A DNA stretch of 64,000 bases from Cryomorphaceae bacterium (GCA_047612385.1 JBLGAR010000007.1:6533-70532); one strand, 5' to 3'. Counted from the stretch's first letter, positions 10,534 to 22,722 are shown. Numbers and translations are program-made. The notes: generated from the letters alone by a model not told the origin.

Positions 10534-12729
10534 ATGTCTATTCTTCGCCTCGTAATCCCCTCACCACTACGGTTTGAGTTCGACTATCTGCCGCCCGTAA
10601 ACATTCCCGGGGCACAACTACGGCAACTAGCCCCCGGAGTGCGAATCCGGGTCCCTTTTGGCCGCCGCGAGACAATCGGTTACCTCTTGGCCGTCATACC
10701 GGTTTCGGATGTGCCACAGAGCAAACTTAAGGCGGCTATCGAAATTCTAGATGAAGTGCCGCTGATCAGCACCAATATCATGAAAATTTGCCTGTGGGCT
10801 GCCAGCTATTACCACCACCCGTTGGGCGAGGTCCTTTGCGCTGCATTTCCGGTATCGCTGCGCCAAGGGAAACCTCACAAAATGCTTGGGGAGACAGCGT
10901 GGCGTCTCACTACGCATGGCAAAGGGCTTCCAGAAGGCGCATTGACGCGATCGCCCCGCCAAGCACAAGCACTCACAATTTTGCAGAAAAGTCCCAAGGT
11001 GAGCGAAACCAGACTTGCACAGGAAGAAATTTCAACCGGGATTATGCGCACACTGGCCAAAAAAGGGCTGGTAGAGGTCTGTAAAATTTCGCAGTTGCCA
11101 CAGCAAGGATCAAGTCGAGCGGGGTTGGAACTGAACGATGAACAAGCTCAGGCCGTTAGCGCGATAGCAGCAACCCTGGGCGGTTTCGAATGTCATCTTC
11201 TGGAGGGAGTAACCGGTAGCGGCAAGACTGAGGTCTACTTACAACTCATAGCCCACTGCCTGGCTCAGCAAAAACAAGTCCTGTTGTTAATCCCTGAAAT
11301 TGGCCTAACACCTCAAACTCTGGGGCGATTTGAAGCCCGCTTCGACGCTCAGGTGCTCACTTTGCACTCAGGGCTTGCCGAAGGGGAGCGATATCAGGCC
11401 TGGGAGGCTGCGAGAACCGGTATTGCCCATATCGTTATCGGAACACGCTCATCAGTCTTTGCGCCGATGCAGAATCTGGGGCTCATTGTTGTCGACGAGG
11501 AACATGATGGATCCTACAAACAACAGGATGGATTTCGCTATTCGGCGAGAGATGTTGCGGTCAAGCGAGGCCAGCTGGAGAACTGCCCAGTGGTCCTGGG
11601 AAGCGCTACCCCCTCCCTAGAGAGTATTCACAATGCAGAGCTCGGTCGCTATCAGCATCACTCACTCCAGCAACGAGCCGGCGGTGCACAGGCTCCCACA
11701 TTACGGGCTATGGACGTGCGCAAACAAGTGCTCAATGCCGGATTCTCAGAGCCGCTAGTTGCAACCATTGAAGAGACTCTCAACCGCGGCAAGCAAGCAC
11801 TGCTTTTCCTCAACCGCAGAGGATTTGCACCTACTTTGCTATGCCACGATTGTGGTTGGATGGCGCAATGCCGCAACTGTGACGCCAGACTCACGGTACA
11901 CCGGCGCAGCGCTCACCTACGATGCCACCATTGCGCCCACTCGGCGGCTTTACCCAGGCAGTGTCCCGAGTGCCGAAGCTCTGCGCTACTCACTGCAGGA
12001 CTGGGTACTGAACAGGCCGAAGACTTTTTACGAAGCAAGTTCGCAAATTTCGAACTGTACCGGGTGGACAGCGACTCGATGCGCAATAAAAATGCCATGC
12101 AGGAACTGGTAACCAACATCAGCAAAGGCGAGCCCTGCATCCTACTCGGAACCCAGATGCTGACCAAAGGCCATCATTTCCCAGGCGTCGACCTGGTCGC
12201 CATCATCGATGCAGACGCGGCATTATTCAGCACAGATTTTCGAGGCGAAGAGCGAATGGCCCAATTGCTCACCCAAGTGGGAGGCAGAGCGGGACGAGAA
12301 GGCGATTCAGGGCAAGTAATCCTGCAGACTCACTACCCGGATCATCCTATTATTAGAGCTGTTCTGGAACAACCCTACGGGATTCATGCCCGCAATATTC
12401 TAGCAAGCAGACTCAAAGCGGGCCTGCCGCCGGCATCATCGATGGCACTAATTCGCGCGGACGCCAGCGACGCCCAGGTAGGAGAGCAATTTCTACTCCA
12501 ATTGAGGAAGCAAACGCAACCCCAGTTACCCGCCGACGCGATCTTGGTCGGGCCGCTGCCATCGCCGATGCAGCGGCGTGCGGGTAAATTTCGCTCTCAG
12601 CTGTTGCTCCGCGCAAGTACCCGCTCTGCCGCACAACAAGCGGCCGCTATCCTTGTAAAGACTGCGGAGACAATTCCCGGAAGAGCGCTCAAGTGGTCTA
12701 TTGACATCGATCCGCAAGACACTTTTTAG
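10534..12729 (+). CDS. priA: primosomal replication protein N' (PriA helicase)
   Basis: 731 aa with Walker A GVTGSGKTEVY, DEEHD, and the Cys-rich zinc insertion (CHDCGW...CRNCDARL...CHHC...CPEC). Confidence 0.93.
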   Translation: MSILRLVIPSPLRFEFDYLPPVNIPGAQLRQLAPGVRIRVPFGRRETIGYLLAVIPVSDVPQSKLKAAIEILDEVPLISTNIMKICLWAASYYHHPLGEVLCAAFPVSLRQGKPHKMLGETAWRLTTHGKGLPEGALTRSPRQAQALTILQKSPKVSETRLAQEEISTGIMRTLAKKGLVEVCKISQLPQQGSSRAGLELNDEQAQAVSAIAATLGGFECHLLEGVTGSGKTEVYLQLIAHCLAQQKQVLLLIPEIGLTPQTLGRFEARFDAQVLTLHSGLAEGERYQAWEAARTGIAHIVIGTRSSVFAPMQNLGLIVVDEEHDGSYKQQDGFRYSARDVAVKRGQLENCPVVLGSATPSLESIHNAELGRYQHHSLQQRAGGAQAPTLRAMDVRKQVLNAGFSEPLVATIEETLNRGKQALLFLNRRGFAPTLLCHDCGWMAQCRNCDARLTVHRRSAHLRCHHCAHSAALPRQCPECRSSALLTAGLGTEQAEDFLRSKFANFELYRVDSDSMRNKNAMQELVTNISKGEPCILLGTQMLTKGHHFPGVDLVAIIDADAALFSTDFRGEERMAQLLTQVGGRAGREGDSGQVILQTHYPDHPIIRAVLEQPYGIHARNILASRLKAGLPPASSMALIRADASDAQVGEQFLLQLRKQTQPQLPADAILVGPLPSPMQRRAGKFRSQLLLRASTRSAAQQAAAILVKTAETIPGRALKWSIDIDPQDTF

Positions 12730-12843
12730 TACGAGGCCCCGCTGCCCAGCGTCTGGCAATTGAAGACACTAACAAGGATAATGCACGACTCGATCCAGCG
12801 GGATCACATTTCGACTGACGCCAACCAGGTACACCTCCTTAAA

Positions 12844-14529
12844 ATGAAGCAACAAATCTCCCAGCTTATCCAACAAGCACTGGACTCACTAGCAGTTCAG
12901 GGTGAACTGCCCTCGGATCTTGAAGCTAAGATCCAAATTGATAGAACCCGGGACCAAAGCCACGGCGATTTGGCCAGTAATATTGCCTTGTCGCTTGCCA
13001 AAGCCGCCGGGAAAAAGCCACGCGATTTAGCCACTCTAATCTGTGCAGCGCTACCGGAGTCGAGCGTTCTAGATCGAACAGAGATCGCGGGCCCAGGCTT
13101 CATCAATTTTTTCCTCAGCGCTGATAGCAGTCACGCCGTTATCCACCAAATTTTCGAGCAGGGGGAGAGCTTCGGCACCAACGATGTCGGTGCTGGTCGC
13201 AAAATTCAGGTCGAATTCGTCTCTGCCAACCCAACCGGACCGCTGCACGTAGGACACGGCCGTGGAGCAGCGGTCGGGGATTGTCTTTGTCGTCTACTCA
13301 CCGCAACCGGCTGGAATGTAAGCAGCGAGTTTTACTATAACGATGCCGGAGCACAGATAAAAAACCTTGCGCTGTCAGTACAGTCGCGCTGCAAGGGCCT
13401 GGGGCCTCAAGACGGCAGTTGGCCTGAGGACGGCTACCAGGGGCAGTATATTGTCGATGTCGCACAGGCGTATTTGGCAGGCGAGACCATAGATTCCAAA
13501 GACAAACATGCGACGGCCGCTGCGGATATCAATGATCTCGCCGCCATTCAAGATTTTGCAGTGGCGTACCTGCGATGTGAACAAGACAAAGATCTAAAGG
13601 CCTTCGGCGTCGATTTTGATGAGTACTTTCTGGAATCATCACTGTATGAATCCGGACAAGTTGAGTCGACGGTGAAACGTCTCATCGAGATGGGCCACAC
13701 CTACGAACATGATGATGCTCTATGGCTGCGCACCACCGATTTCGGTGACGACAAAGACAGAGTTATGCGCAAGAGCGACGGGGGCTACACCTATTTTCTG
13801 CCCGATGTCGCCTATCATTTAAACAAGTGGCAGCGCGGATTCGAGCGAGTGATCAACGAGCAGGGTGCCGACCATCACAGCACAGTCACTCGCGTTAGAG
13901 CCGGGCTTCAGGCACTGGGACAAAATATACCCGAGGGGTGGCCCGACTACGTACTGCACCAAATGGTCACCGTGATGCGCAATGGTCAAGAGGTTAAACT
14001 CTCAAAGCGAGCGGGCAGTTATGTCACTCTTAATGATCTCATTGAGGAAGTCGGATGCGATGCCACGCGGTTCTTCCTCGCAGCGAGGGCTCCCAGTTCA
14101 CAAATCACCTTCGATATCGATTTGGCCTTGTCACAAAGTAATGACAATCCTGTTTATTATATTCAGTATGCCCACGCGCGGGTGTGCAGCATGCTCCGGA
14201 AGCTGGACGAAAACGGCTGGGACTGGGAACTCGGAAGCGCTTTGGAGAACCTAGGTCAACTCACCCAGGAGCAGGAAATAGCCCTGCTGCGCCGCCTGGA
14301 TCGCTATCCAGAAACCGTAGCCAATGCAGCAGCAAATTCTGAACCGCACACTATCGCAACCTACTTGCGAGAATTGGCCGGCGAATTTCACACTTACTAC
14401 AACGCCCATAAAGCGCTGGTGGATGACAAGCCCGTGCGGGACGCACGGCTAGCCCTTAGTCAGGCTGTACGCCAGGTACTTGCCAACGGTCTGGCTCTGC
14501 TGGGCCTGTCTGCGCCGGAGACTATGTAA
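12844..14529 (+). CDS. argS: arginine--tRNA ligase
   Basis: Class I HIGH-type motif ([13 protein letters not shown]) and a KMSKS-like motif (VKLSKR), with a DALR anticodon-binding C-terminus. I prefer ATG 12844 ([11 protein letters not shown]..., 561 aa) over the track start at 12760. Confidence 0.92.
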   Translation: MKQQISQLIQQALDSLAVQGELPSDLEAKIQIDRTRDQSHGDLASNIALSLAKAAGKKPRDLATLICAALPESSVLDRTEIAGPGFINFFLSADSSHAVIHQIFEQGESFGTNDVGAGRKIQVEFVSANPTGPLHVGHGRGAAVGDCLCRLLTATGWNVSSEFYYNDAGAQIKNLALSVQSRCKGLGPQDGSWPEDGYQGQYIVDVAQAYLAGETIDSKDKHATAAADINDLAAIQDFAVAYLRCEQDKDLKAFGVDFDEYFLESSLYESGQVESTVKRLIEMGHTYEHDDALWLRTTDFGDDKDRVMRKSDGGYTYFLPDVAYHLNKWQRGFERVINEQGADHHSTVTRVRAGLQALGQNIPEGWPDYVLHQMVTVMRNGQEVKLSKRAGSYVTLNDLIEEVGCDATRFFLAARAPSSQITFDIDLALSQSNDNPVYYIQYAHARVCSMLRKLDENGWDWELGSALENLGQLTQEQEIALLRRLDRYPETVANAAANSEPHTIATYLRELAGEFHTYYNAHKALVDDKPVRDARLALSQAVRQVLANGLALLGLSAPETM

Positions 14530-14533
14530 GCCG

Positions 14534-15115
14534 ATGGCACAGGACTACGCCAAAAGGAAAAACAGCGCACGGGGGAGCAAATCTACAACTCGCAAAGGCA
14601 AAACATCGCCCAAGACAACGAGCGAAGCACCCAGCGTGTGGCGCTGGTATGGCGCCGGAGTGGTATCCGGTGTATTTGCAAGCCTGTTAATTTATCTAGG
14701 CATGCTGCCTGCAGACCCGGGAGATTCAAATGGAACACCGCGCGCTGCGGCCACAGCGGCTCCCGTGGAGGAGCCACCCAAACCACGCTTTGATTTTTAC
14801 ACTTTGCTACCTGAGCAAACCATCGAAGTTGAGGTAGACCCGGGTGAAATAGCAAAAAACCGCACAAGCCCTTCTATGGAGCTATATCTACTGCAAGCGG
14901 GCTCGTTCAGACAGCGCAAGGATGCAGATCGACGACGCGCTGAGTTGATATTACTGGGCCTGGAACCAAAAATCGAAGACACCAGTGGCGATAACGGCCG
15001 CTGGTTCCGTGTCTATGTCGGCCCTTTCGAATCTCGATCCCGACTGGCCAAGGCACGCAGTCTCACCGCCGCGCAGAATATCGATACCCTGTTACTCAAA
15101 CGCGGCACACCGTAG
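14534..15115 (+). CDS. SPOR domain-containing (septal peptidoglycan-binding) membrane protein
   Basis: Basic N-terminus, one TM helix, a Pro/Ala linker, and a C-terminal SPOR-like domain (YLLQAGSFRQRKDADRRRAEL...WFRVYVGPFESRSRL). Start is likely ATG 14534 (MAQDYAKRK), just after the argS stop. Confidence 0.8.
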   Translation: MAQDYAKRKNSARGSKSTTRKGKTSPKTTSEAPSVWRWYGAGVVSGVFASLLIYLGMLPADPGDSNGTPRAAATAAPVEEPPKPRFDFYTLLPEQTIEVEVDPGEIAKNRTSPSMELYLLQAGSFRQRKDADRRRAELILLGLEPKIEDTSGDNGRWFRVYVGPFESRSRLAKARSLTAAQNIDTLLLKRGTP

Positions 15116-15136
15116 CTCCATCATCCGCTTCAGGGC

Positions 15137-15164
15137 ACTTGAATTTTCCCCGCCACACCCCATA
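15137..15164 (+). promoter_or_regulatory. sigma32 (heat-shock) type promoter for hslVU
   Basis: CTTGAA, a 14-nt spacer, then CCCCATAT. This is close to the E. coli sigma32 consensus CTTGAAA-N13-15-CCCCATnT. It lies about 30 nt upstream of the hslV ATG, and an AGGAG Shine-Dalgarno follows. Confidence 0.65.
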
Positions 15165-15192
15165 TCTGCCAGAGTAGCTGCAGGAGATCACA

Positions 15193-15732
15193 ATGGAACA
15201 ATATAGAGGCACAACCATCCTTTGCGTGCGACGAGGCAATAGCGTCGTTATAGGGGGAGACGGGCAAGTTTCCATGGGCAATACCGTCATGAAAGGCAAT
15301 GCGCGCAAAGTAAGACGCCTTTACAAAGACCAGGTTCTGGCCGGATTTGCAGGGGGTACAGCAGATGCATTCACCCTGTTCGAATTGTTTGAAGCCCAAC
15401 TGGAGAAACATCAAGGTCAACTGACTCGGGCAGCGGTAGAGCTCGCCAAGGCCTGGCGGACAGAGCGCTCGCTGCGCCGTCTCGAGGCTCTTCTGGCAGT
15501 CGCGGATAAAACGACTTCGCTGGTTATTACCGGCAACGGAGATGTCATCGAGCCAGAGGACAATCTGATAGCCATTGGCTCGGGCGGTCCCTTTGCGCAG
15601 TCTGCAGCCAGAGCACTGCTGGACAATACCGAGCTGGATGCCCGCAGCATTGTAGAAAAAGGCCTGGGCATCGCCGGCGATATCTGCATTTATACCAACC
15701 ACAATCAAACCATCGAACAACTGGATTTTTAG
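15193..15732 (+). CDS. hslV: ATP-dependent protease subunit HslV
   Basis: 179 aa. The mature N-terminus TTILCVRRG... (Thr nucleophile) and GGDGQVS are typical of HslV. Confidence 0.95.
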   Translation: MEQYRGTTILCVRRGNSVVIGGDGQVSMGNTVMKGNARKVRRLYKDQVLAGFAGGTADAFTLFELFEAQLEKHQGQLTRAAVELAKAWRTERSLRRLEALLAVADKTTSLVITGNGDVIEPEDNLIAIGSGGPFAQSAARALLDNTELDARSIVEKGLGIAGDICIYTNHNQTIEQLDF

Positions 15733-15739
15733 GTCTTAC

Positions 15740-17062
15740 ATGTCAAATATGACTCCACGAGAGATTGTTCACGAACTCGACAAACACATTATCGGACAGG
15801 ACCCCGCCAAGCGAGCCGTGGCCATCGCGCTGCGAAATCGCTGGCGTCGGATGCAATTGTCCGATGAGCTAAGAGCTGAAATTACACCCAAAAATATTCT
15901 CATGATCGGGCCCACCGGCGTCGGTAAAACTGAAATAGCCAGGCGACTTGCCAAGCTTGCCAATGCACCTTTTATCAAGGTTGAAGCCACCAAGTTCACC
16001 GAAGTGGGCTATGTCGGCAGAGACGTCGAGTCTATCATTCGCGATCTGGTCGACATGGCGGTAAAGATGTTCCGAGAGCAGGAAATGGAAAAAGTTCGAT
16101 TTCGAGCTGAGGAAGTAGCCGAGGAGCGAATACTCGATATTTTGCTACCTCCGGCGCGCGACACTGAGGTGAACAGCAACTCCACCACTCGTCAGCTGCT
16201 GCGTAAAAAACTGCGCGAAGGCGAATTGGACGACAAAGAAATACAACTTGAGCTCAGTTCACGCGCTCCAGGTGTGGAAATAATGGCCCCTCCCGGCATG
16301 GAGGAAATGACCAATCAATTGCAGGGTATGTTTTCCAACCTTTCCAAAGAACAGCGAAAAACTCGTAAAATGACCGTGAAAGCCGCCTTCAGCGCGCTGT
16401 GCGACGAGGAAGCCGCACAGCTGGTAAATGAAGAAGAGTTAAAGCAGAAAGCGGTTACCGAAGCCGAACAAAACGGAATCGTTTTTATTGACGAGCTGGA
16501 CAAAGTTGCCAAGCGCAGTGAGGGAGCCGGTGCCGATGTGTCCAGAGAGGGAGTGCAGCGAGATTTACTACCCATCATAGAAGGCTCCACGGTCAGCACT
16601 AAACACGGCATGATCAAAACCGATCACATTCTGTTTATTGCCTCGGGGGCTTTTCATTTGGCCAAGCCCTCAGATCTAATTCCAGAATTGCAGGGCCGCC
16701 TGCCAATTCGGGTTGAGCTATCGGCGCTGACACCCGAGGACTTCGAGCGCATTCTGACAGAACCAGACGCCTCGCTAACCGAACAATACCAGGCTCTGCT
16801 GGCGACCGAGGGGCTGGACGCCCAATTCACCAAAGATGGGCTTCGTAGAATTGCCGAAATTGCCTGGCAGGTAAATGAGAAAACAGAGAATATCGGCGCC
16901 AGGCGTTTGCACACGGTTATGGAACGATTGTTGGAAGAGGCGTCCTTCGGCGCAGCGGATACAGGCGTGAATGGCGAACAGCTTGTCATCGACGCAGAAT
17001 TTGTGAATCAACAGCTTCAGGAGTTGAGCGAGAACGAAGATTTGTCCCGCTTTATTCTTTGA
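15740..17062 (+). CDS. hslU: ATP-dependent protease ATPase subunit HslU
   Basis: 440 aa with [16 protein letters not shown], Walker [16 protein letters not shown], Walker [10 protein letters not shown], and the I-domain insertion. Confidence 0.95.
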   Translation: MSNMTPREIVHELDKHIIGQDPAKRAVAIALRNRWRRMQLSDELRAEITPKNILMIGPTGVGKTEIARRLAKLANAPFIKVEATKFTEVGYVGRDVESIIRDLVDMAVKMFREQEMEKVRFRAEEVAEERILDILLPPARDTEVNSNSTTRQLLRKKLREGELDDKEIQLELSSRAPGVEIMAPPGMEEMTNQLQGMFSNLSKEQRKTRKMTVKAAFSALCDEEAAQLVNEEELKQKAVTEAEQNGIVFIDELDKVAKRSEGAGADVSREGVQRDLLPIIEGSTVSTKHGMIKTDHILFIASGAFHLAKPSDLIPELQGRLPIRVELSALTPEDFERILTEPDASLTEQYQALLATEGLDAQFTKDGLRRIAEIAWQVNEKTENIGARRLHTVMERLLEEASFGAADTGVNGEQLVIDAEFVNQQLQELSENEDLSRFIL

Positions 17063-17074
17063 GAAATTAACCTT

Positions 17075-17467
17075 ATGACAGAAACTAGTCCAAGACCCAC
17101 CGGAATCAAGCTTCACTCAAGATCAAAAAAACTGGAGCTGATTTATTCGCCTGACCAGAGCTACTCCCTGAGCTGTGAATTTCTACGCGTTTTCTCGCCC
17201 TCTGCGGAAGTCAGAGGCCATGGAACGGGTCAGGAGGTACTACAAACCGGCAAAGCTGATGTGGCAATCACCGAAATTAAGCCCGTGGGAAACTACGCGC
17301 TACAATTGGTGTTTGATGATCAGCATGATACTGGTCTGTATTCATTCGGCTATCTCTATGAGTTGTGCATGAATAAGCAGCGCATGTGGGAATCTTACCT
17401 AAGCAAGCTAAAAGACGCAGGTGTCAGCCGTGATCCCGATGTACAGGTCATAAAAATCGGCCTCTAA
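17075..17467 (+). CDS. DUF971 family protein (gamma-butyrobetaine hydroxylase-like N-terminal domain)
   Basis: 130 aa. LELIYSPDQSYSLSCEFLRVFSPSAEVRGHG and YALQLVFDDQHDTGLYSFGYL resemble DUF971. It follows hslU as in Pseudomonas. Confidence 0.75.
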   Translation: MTETSPRPTGIKLHSRSKKLELIYSPDQSYSLSCEFLRVFSPSAEVRGHGTGQEVLQTGKADVAITEIKPVGNYALQLVFDDQHDTGLYSFGYLYELCMNKQRMWESYLSKLKDAGVSRDPDVQVIKIGL

Positions 17468-17563
17468 CCGGTCGTTTCGGGTTCTATACTATCTATGCAC
17501 CCGCGGTACACGAGCACCCACATCGCGCTACAATACGCAGCTGCAGTTGTCAGTGGAGATCCT

Positions 17564-18313
17564 ATGAGCGAGAAAAAGACCACGCACTTCGGTTACAAAG
17601 AAGTGGAGACCAAGAACAAAGCCTCCATGGTGGCTGGTGTCTTTCACTCCGTCGCCACTCGATATGACTTGATGAACGACTTAATGTCAGGGGGCATTCA
17701 CCGTCTGTGGAAGCGCTTTACCATCGAAATAAGCGGCGTGCGAAAAGGCAATTCAGTACTGGACATAGCCGGTGGCACCGGAGATCTTGCAGCGCGTTTT
17801 GCCGATATTGTGGGGCCCGAAGGGAAAGTAATCCTCGCCGACATCAATGAATCAATGCTGCAAGTCGGCAGGGACAAACTGATTGATACAGGGCGGTACG
17901 CCAACATAGACTGCGTGCAGGCGGACGCGCAGGATCTTCCTTTTCCCGACGATAGCTTTGACTGCATTACTATCGCCTTCGGTTTGCGCAACGTAACAGA
18001 CAAAGACGCCGCACTTCGCTCCATGCTCAGAGTATTGAAGCCGGGCGGTCGATTGCTGGTACTAGAGTTTTCAACGCCGAAAAATGAATTACTCAGCAAA
18101 GCCTACGACGCCTACTCGTTCAAAATCCTTCCGGCTATTGGCAAAATCGTCGCCAACGACAGCGAAAGCTACCAATATCTTGCCGAGTCAATACGCATGC
18201 ACCCGGACCAGGAAACTCTCAAGGACATGATGGAAGACGCCGGATTTAGCCGCTGCGAGTATCACGATATGACCGGTGGAGTGGTGGCTCTGCACAAAGG
18301 CATCAAAGCCTGA
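17564..18313 (+). CDS. ubiE: ubiquinone/menaquinone biosynthesis C-methyltransferase UbiE
   Basis: THFGYKEVE...[25 protein letters not shown], with the SAM motif [11 protein letters not shown] prefer ATG 17564 ([11 protein letters not shown]) to the track start at 17495. Confidence 0.92.
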   Translation: MSEKKTTHFGYKEVETKNKASMVAGVFHSVATRYDLMNDLMSGGIHRLWKRFTIEISGVRKGNSVLDIAGGTGDLAARFADIVGPEGKVILADINESMLQVGRDKLIDTGRYANIDCVQADAQDLPFPDDSFDCITIAFGLRNVTDKDAALRSMLRVLKPGGRLLVLEFSTPKNELLSKAYDAYSFKILPAIGKIVANDSESYQYLAESIRMHPDQETLKDMMEDAGFSRCEYHDMTGGVVALHKGIKA

Positions 18314-18954
18314 TGACCAGGTCCATCAATCCCACCGCAGACACTGCGGTTCTGGCCGCACTCGAGGGGGCGATAAACCGTGCCCTGGAATTAGCACCGA
18401 GCTCGAAATCTCAACTGGCAGAATTGGAAGATCACGTTTTTCTTGTGCAATGCACGTCACCCGAAATCGACCTCTATCTTGAAGCCGATCAACGAGGCAT
18501 AAGACTCATGGGAATCTACGAGGGCCACATCACTACAACGGTGCGAGGCACGGCCTCTGATTTTACCGAACTGGCTGCCTCTGATGACCCTGCGGCAAGT
18601 CTGATTAATGGCAAGCTAACAATCGACGGCGACAGCGCGCCTTTACTCGAGCTGCAAAAAATAGTCGGCGCGTTGGATCTCGACTGGGAAGCCCCTTTGG
18701 TCAATGTGCTTGGGGATGTAGTTGGCCATCACATAGCACAAATACTTCGGGGCACGTTTAAATGGGGCAGGCAGGCCTCGGATAGCCTTACCAGACAATT
18801 GGATGAGTTTATCCACGAGGAAGCTCGGCTGAGCCCACCCAGACTTGAACTGGAAGATTTCTATCGGGATATTCAGGAACTAACACTACGAACCGAACGC
18901 CTGCAATCCAGAACCGATCGCCTGCGTAAACGCATGAACCAGCACGCTAGCTAA
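18313..18954 (+). CDS. ubiJ: ubiquinone biosynthesis accessory factor UbiJ (SCP2 domain)
   Basis: 213 aa between ubiE and ubiB. It has an SCP2-like N-terminal half and a charged helical tail. Its start overlaps the ubiE stop (ATGA). Confidence 0.75.
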   Translation: MTRSINPTADTAVLAALEGAINRALELAPSSKSQLAELEDHVFLVQCTSPEIDLYLEADQRGIRLMGIYEGHITTTVRGTASDFTELAASDDPAASLINGKLTIDGDSAPLLELQKIVGALDLDWEAPLVNVLGDVVGHHIAQILRGTFKWGRQASDSLTRQLDEFIHEEARLSPPRLELEDFYRDIQELTLRTERLQSRTDRLRKRMNQHAS

Positions 18955-18961
18955 CGCCACG

Positions 18962-20602
18962 ATGTCTCGCATTTCCCGGTTAATCAAGATTGTCCATATA
19001 GTGTGCCGCTATCGATTGGATGAGTTTGTCGACACGACCTCACTACCACTACTTTACAGAACCGCACTGCGGCTATCACCGTCGCGCCTGTGGCGAGCAC
19101 CAAAACTCGAGCGGGGAGTCCGATTGCGCTTAGCGCTCGAAGAGCTGGGCCCCGTATTTATAAAGTTTGGCCAGATGTTGTCCACCCGTCCAGATTTACT
19201 GCCCGAGGACATCGCACAAGAGCTGGCTAGATTGCAGGACGAAGTACCACCTTTCTCTGAGCAAGAATCGGTGGCGATTATCGAACGGGCCCTGGGTAAG
19301 TCGGTTAACGAGCTATTCGCCCAATTCGAAAATACCCCCATGGCTTCTGCGTCGGTCGCGCAGATTCACACGGCGACATTGCACAGCGGCGAGAAAGTGG
19401 TCGTAAAAGTCGTGCGCCCCGGCATCGAACCGATTATTTGCCAAGACATTGCTTTGCTGCACACTCTGGCCAGACTTGCCCATAATCACCTGCCGGACGG
19501 TCGACGGTTGCGCCCTGTAGAAGTCGTCAGTGACTATGAACTCACCATTTTAGACGAACTCGATATGGGCCGCGAAGCAGCGAACGCCTCGCAACTGCGA
19601 CGCAACTTCGGCGATAGTAAGTTGTTATATGTCCCGGAAGTTTACTGGGACTACAGCTGCAAAAATGTCTTCGTCATGGAAAGAATTTCCGGCGTCGCAG
19701 TCACTGACATGGCCACGCTTAAGGCTGCGGGTACAGATCTCAAACTGTTAGCCGAACGCGGAGTGGAGATCTTCTTCACTCAAGTTTTTCGCGACAGTTT
19801 TTTTCACGCAGATATGCACCCCGGAAACATATTTGTCGATATCACAGATCCCGCAGACCCCACTTACATCGCAGTTGACTGCGCGATCATAGGCAGTCTA
19901 AGTGATTCCGATCAGTACTACCTGGCAAGAGTCCTGCTTGGAATATTTCAGCGCGATTATCGAGGGGTCGCACAGTTGCACGTGGAGTGCGGGTGGGTAC
20001 CGTCCGACACCCGAGTGCATGATTTTGAATCGGCCATGAGAGCGGTATGTGAACCCATCTTCGAGCGGCCCATCAGTGAAATATCCTTCGGCCAGTTGCT
20101 GGTGTATTTATTCCGTACGGCGCGAAGATTCGACATGGAAGTACAGCCCTCGCTGGTATTGTTGCAAAAGACCTTACTGAACATTGAAGGCTTGGGCAGA
20201 CAGTTGTACCCGGACTTAAATTTATGGAATACCGCGCAACCATTTCTCGAACAATGGGTGAAAGAACGATATTCTCCCCAGGGCGTGTTCAAGCAGATCC
20301 AGCGTTACGCCCCTTCCTGGCTCGAGCAGCTGCCGCAATTGCCCGATGCCATATTGGAGAGCCTGCAAAGTACTCGACGGACACACCCGTCGTCCGCAGC
20401 GCCAAATCCCGTCGCGAACAATTCGACCCGTCGAGAAGAGCCGAAAAAGCGATCCAGAAAACGCTTGTTCGGCGCAATCATTGTGCTGGGCTGCGCCATT
20501 ACAACCGCTTTACCGGGGGGGTGGGAGCAGCTGGCAGTAATTCCGCCGCTAGCCTGGATATTGACCGCTTCCGGAGTGGCTCTCCTGTTGGCTCGGGACT
20601 AG
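18962..20602 (+). CDS. ubiB: ubiquinone biosynthesis regulatory protein kinase UbiB (ABC1/ADCK family)
   Basis: 546 aa with [38 protein letters not shown], and C-terminal TM helices. Confidence 0.92.
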   Translation: MSRISRLIKIVHIVCRYRLDEFVDTTSLPLLYRTALRLSPSRLWRAPKLERGVRLRLALEELGPVFIKFGQMLSTRPDLLPEDIAQELARLQDEVPPFSEQESVAIIERALGKSVNELFAQFENTPMASASVAQIHTATLHSGEKVVVKVVRPGIEPIICQDIALLHTLARLAHNHLPDGRRLRPVEVVSDYELTILDELDMGREAANASQLRRNFGDSKLLYVPEVYWDYSCKNVFVMERISGVAVTDMATLKAAGTDLKLLAERGVEIFFTQVFRDSFFHADMHPGNIFVDITDPADPTYIAVDCAIIGSLSDSDQYYLARVLLGIFQRDYRGVAQLHVECGWVPSDTRVHDFESAMRAVCEPIFERPISEISFGQLLVYLFRTARRFDMEVQPSLVLLQKTLLNIEGLGRQLYPDLNLWNTAQPFLEQWVKERYSPQGVFKQIQRYAPSWLEQLPQLPDAILESLQSTRRTHPSSAAPNPVANNSTRREEPKKRSRKRLFGAIIVLGCAITTALPGGWEQLAVIPPLAWILTASGVALLLARD

Positions 20603-20662
20603 CAGCAGTAATGAGAATGTCGCCGGTGTATGCCATAATGCGCTGCCACAAAGGCAGAAAAG

Positions 20663-21064
20663 ATGATTGACGATACCGCTTTCACCGAACAGCTAAAATG
20701 GAATAAGGAGGGCCTTATTCCGGCCATCGCCCAGGACTGGCAGTCCGGCGAGGTGCTAATGCTCGCCTGGATGAACCCAGAGTCACTGGCGTTGACCGTG
20801 CAGGAGGGCCGCGCTGTCTACTGGTCTCGCTCGCGCAAAGCACTGTGGCGCAAAGGTGAAGAATCGGGCCATGTGCAAAAACTAAAAGAACTTCGTATCG
20901 ATTGTGATGCAGATACTGTATTGATGAAGGTTGAACAAGTCGGTGGGATCGCCTGCCATACTGGGCGACGGAACTGCTTTTTCCAAAAACTGGAGAGCAG
21001 CCAGTGGCAGATAACTGACGATGTCGTAAAGTCACCAGAAGAGATCTATCGGAATAGCCAATGA
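20663..21064 (+). CDS. hisI: phosphoribosyl-AMP cyclohydrolase
   Basis: 133 aa with [26 protein letters not shown] and DCD.D..L..V...GG.ACHTG motifs. Confidence 0.9.
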   Translation: MIDDTAFTEQLKWNKEGLIPAIAQDWQSGEVLMLAWMNPESLALTVQEGRAVYWSRSRKALWRKGEESGHVQKLKELRIDCDADTVLMKVEQVGGIACHTGRRNCFFQKLESSQWQITDDVVKSPEEIYRNSQ

Positions 21065-21414
21065 GCGATGTTCTGCAACAACTGACAGAGATTCTGGAAC
21101 AAAGAAAATACGCAAAGGTGGATGAATCCTACGTGGCGAGCCTGCATCAGCAAGGCCTAAACAAAATTCTCGAGAAAGTCGGGGAGGAATCTACCGAAGT
21201 CATCCTGGCAGCAAAAGATGCTAAAGTCAGTGGCGACAAATCGGAAGTTTTAGCTGAAACAGCTGATCTATGGTTTCACTGTATGGTGATGCTGTCCCAC
21301 CTTGACGCAAACGCCGATCAGGTTTTGGAAATACTGCGCGATCGTTTTGAACTGTCGGGCTTAGCAGAAAAAGCCTCACGTAACTCACTCAACAACGTAA
21401 ATAGAAAACCTTAG
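21061..21414 (+). CDS. hisE: phosphoribosyl-ATP pyrophosphatase
   Basis: 117 aa. SYVASL...[13 protein letters not shown]...ETADLWFH is typical of HisE. It overlaps the hisI stop by 4 nt. Confidence 0.9.
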   Translation: MSDVLQQLTEILEQRKYAKVDESYVASLHQQGLNKILEKVGEESTEVILAAKDAKVSGDKSEVLAETADLWFHCMVMLSHLDANADQVLEILRDRFELSGLAEKASRNSLNNVNRKP

Positions 21415-21431
21415 AGAGCACGGAGAAATAT

Positions 21432-21638
21432 ATGGGACTGGGCGGAATCAGTATTTGGCAACTTCTTATCATACTTGCCATTGTAATCATGTTGTTTGGC
21501 ACCAAGCGCTTGAGAAATATTGGCGGAGATCTCGGCAGTGCCGTTAAAGGCTTCCGCAAGAGTATGCAGGATGACGATGCTGGCGCTGAAGAGCCGAAAC
21601 CGGAAGAGCCTTCTGAAGAACCCGAGAAGGACAAGTAG
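21432..21638 (+). CDS. tatA: twin-arginine translocase subunit TatA
   Basis: 68 aa: [35 protein letters not shown] (TM helix plus amphipathic helix) with an acidic tail. Confidence 0.9.
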   Translation: MGLGGISIWQLLIILAIVIMLFGTKRLRNIGGDLGSAVKGFRKSMQDDDAGAEEPKPEEPSEEPEKDK

Positions 21639-21646
21639 CTCCGAAC

Positions 21647-21976
21647 ATGTTTGATATAGGCTTCGCAGAATTGATTATTATTGGCGTGGTTAGCCTTTTG
21701 GTCATTGGCCCAGAACGGCTTCCCGGTGCAATACGCACTGGCAGCACCTGGTTAAGAAGAATAAAGCGCGGTTTTAACGATATAAAACGAGAAGTTGAGC
21801 AAGAGTTGCACAACGATTCTGTACTACAGGACCTTAAAAAAACGGGTATGGATTTGACTCAGAACGTTAACGATATCGGCGGCGAGATCAGAAGTGTTAC
21901 CGACTCGCTCGGCCAATCAGTTTCAAAAGACAGCATTGAGCCACCCGCTCCGGATTCAGGGAAAACGCCTGAATGA
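21647..21976 (+). CDS. tatB: twin-arginine translocase subunit TatB
   Basis: 109 aa: MFDIGFAELIIIGVVSLLVIGPERLP is the canonical TatB N-terminus. Confidence 0.85.
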   Translation: MFDIGFAELIIIGVVSLLVIGPERLPGAIRTGSTWLRRIKRGFNDIKREVEQELHNDSVLQDLKKTGMDLTQNVNDIGGEIRSVTDSLGQSVSKDSIEPPAPDSGKTPE

Positions 21977-22722
21977 GCGAGCAAGAAGAAACAACGGACC
22001 AGCCACAACCTCTAGTTGCACATCTGACAGAGTTACGAGATAAGTTGCTACGCAGCCTCGTCGCTGTGTTGATCGTATTCATTTGTTTATTTGCGTTTGC
22101 AAACGAAATCTACACTTTCGTGTCAGAACCCTTGCGTGCACTTTTGCCCGAAGGAACAACCATGATCGCCACCGAAGTAGCGTCGCCTTTCTTAACGCCC
22201 TTCAAGCTCACGATGGTTGCGGCTATATTCCTGGCAATACCCTATGTCCTGTATCAAGTGTGGAGTTTTATCGCCCCGGGCATGTATAAGCAGGAAAAGC
22301 GCCTGGCAATACCCCTACTTATCTCCAGTGTTGCCTTGTTTTATGCCGGCGCAGCATTTGCCTATTATGTCGTCTTTCCACTGATCTTCGCGTTCTTCAC
22401 CAGTGTCGGTCCAGATGACGTTACCATCATGACCGACATCAACAGCTATCTGGATTTCGTGCTCAAGCTGTTTTTTGCTTTCGGTATCGCGTTCGAAATA
22501 CCTATCGCTGCGGTACTGATGATTTGGTCCGGCCTTACGACGCCAGAAGCACTTGCCAAAAAGAGAGCTTACATTATCGTAGGATGCTTCATCTTCGGTA
22601 TGCTGCTCACCCCTCCCGACATCATCTCCCAGGCGTTGCTGGCCATTCCCATGTGGCTATTATTTGAAGTCGGCATTTTCGTCGGCAGGTTTGTTGAGAA
22701 AAATAAACACCGCTCTGTATGA
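21973..22722 (+). CDS. tatC: twin-arginine translocase subunit TatC
   Basis: 249 aa with six TM segments. HLTELR..L and SPFLTP...P.VLYQ.W.F..PG.Y..EK motifs are present. It overlaps the tatB stop (ATGA). Confidence 0.93.
   Translation: MSEQEETTDQPQPLVAHLTELRDKLLRSLVAVLIVFICLFAFANEIYTFVSEPLRALLPEGTTMIATEVASPFLTPFKLTMVAAIFLAIPYVLYQVWSFIAPGMYKQEKRLAIPLLISSVALFYAGAAFAYYVVFPLIFAFFTSVGPDDVTIMTDINSYLDFVLKLFFAFGIAFEIPIAAVLMIWSGLTTPEALAKKRAYIIVGCFIFGMLLTPPDIISQALLAIPMWLLFEVGIFVGRFVEKNKHRSV

Noticed and set aside
12760-12843. Upstream starts for argS (12760), glnA (48114), ubiE (17495), slyD (44319), hisB (62956), rpmE (10397) and pntAB (26280) as given by the ORF track
   Set aside because: In each case a downstream ATG reproduces the conserved family N-terminus and avoids overlap with the neighbouring gene. 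The extensions are longest-ORF artefacts.
15130-15720. 196-aa minus-strand ORF
   Set aside because: It is fully antisense to hslV, whose identity is unambiguous, and it has no motif content.
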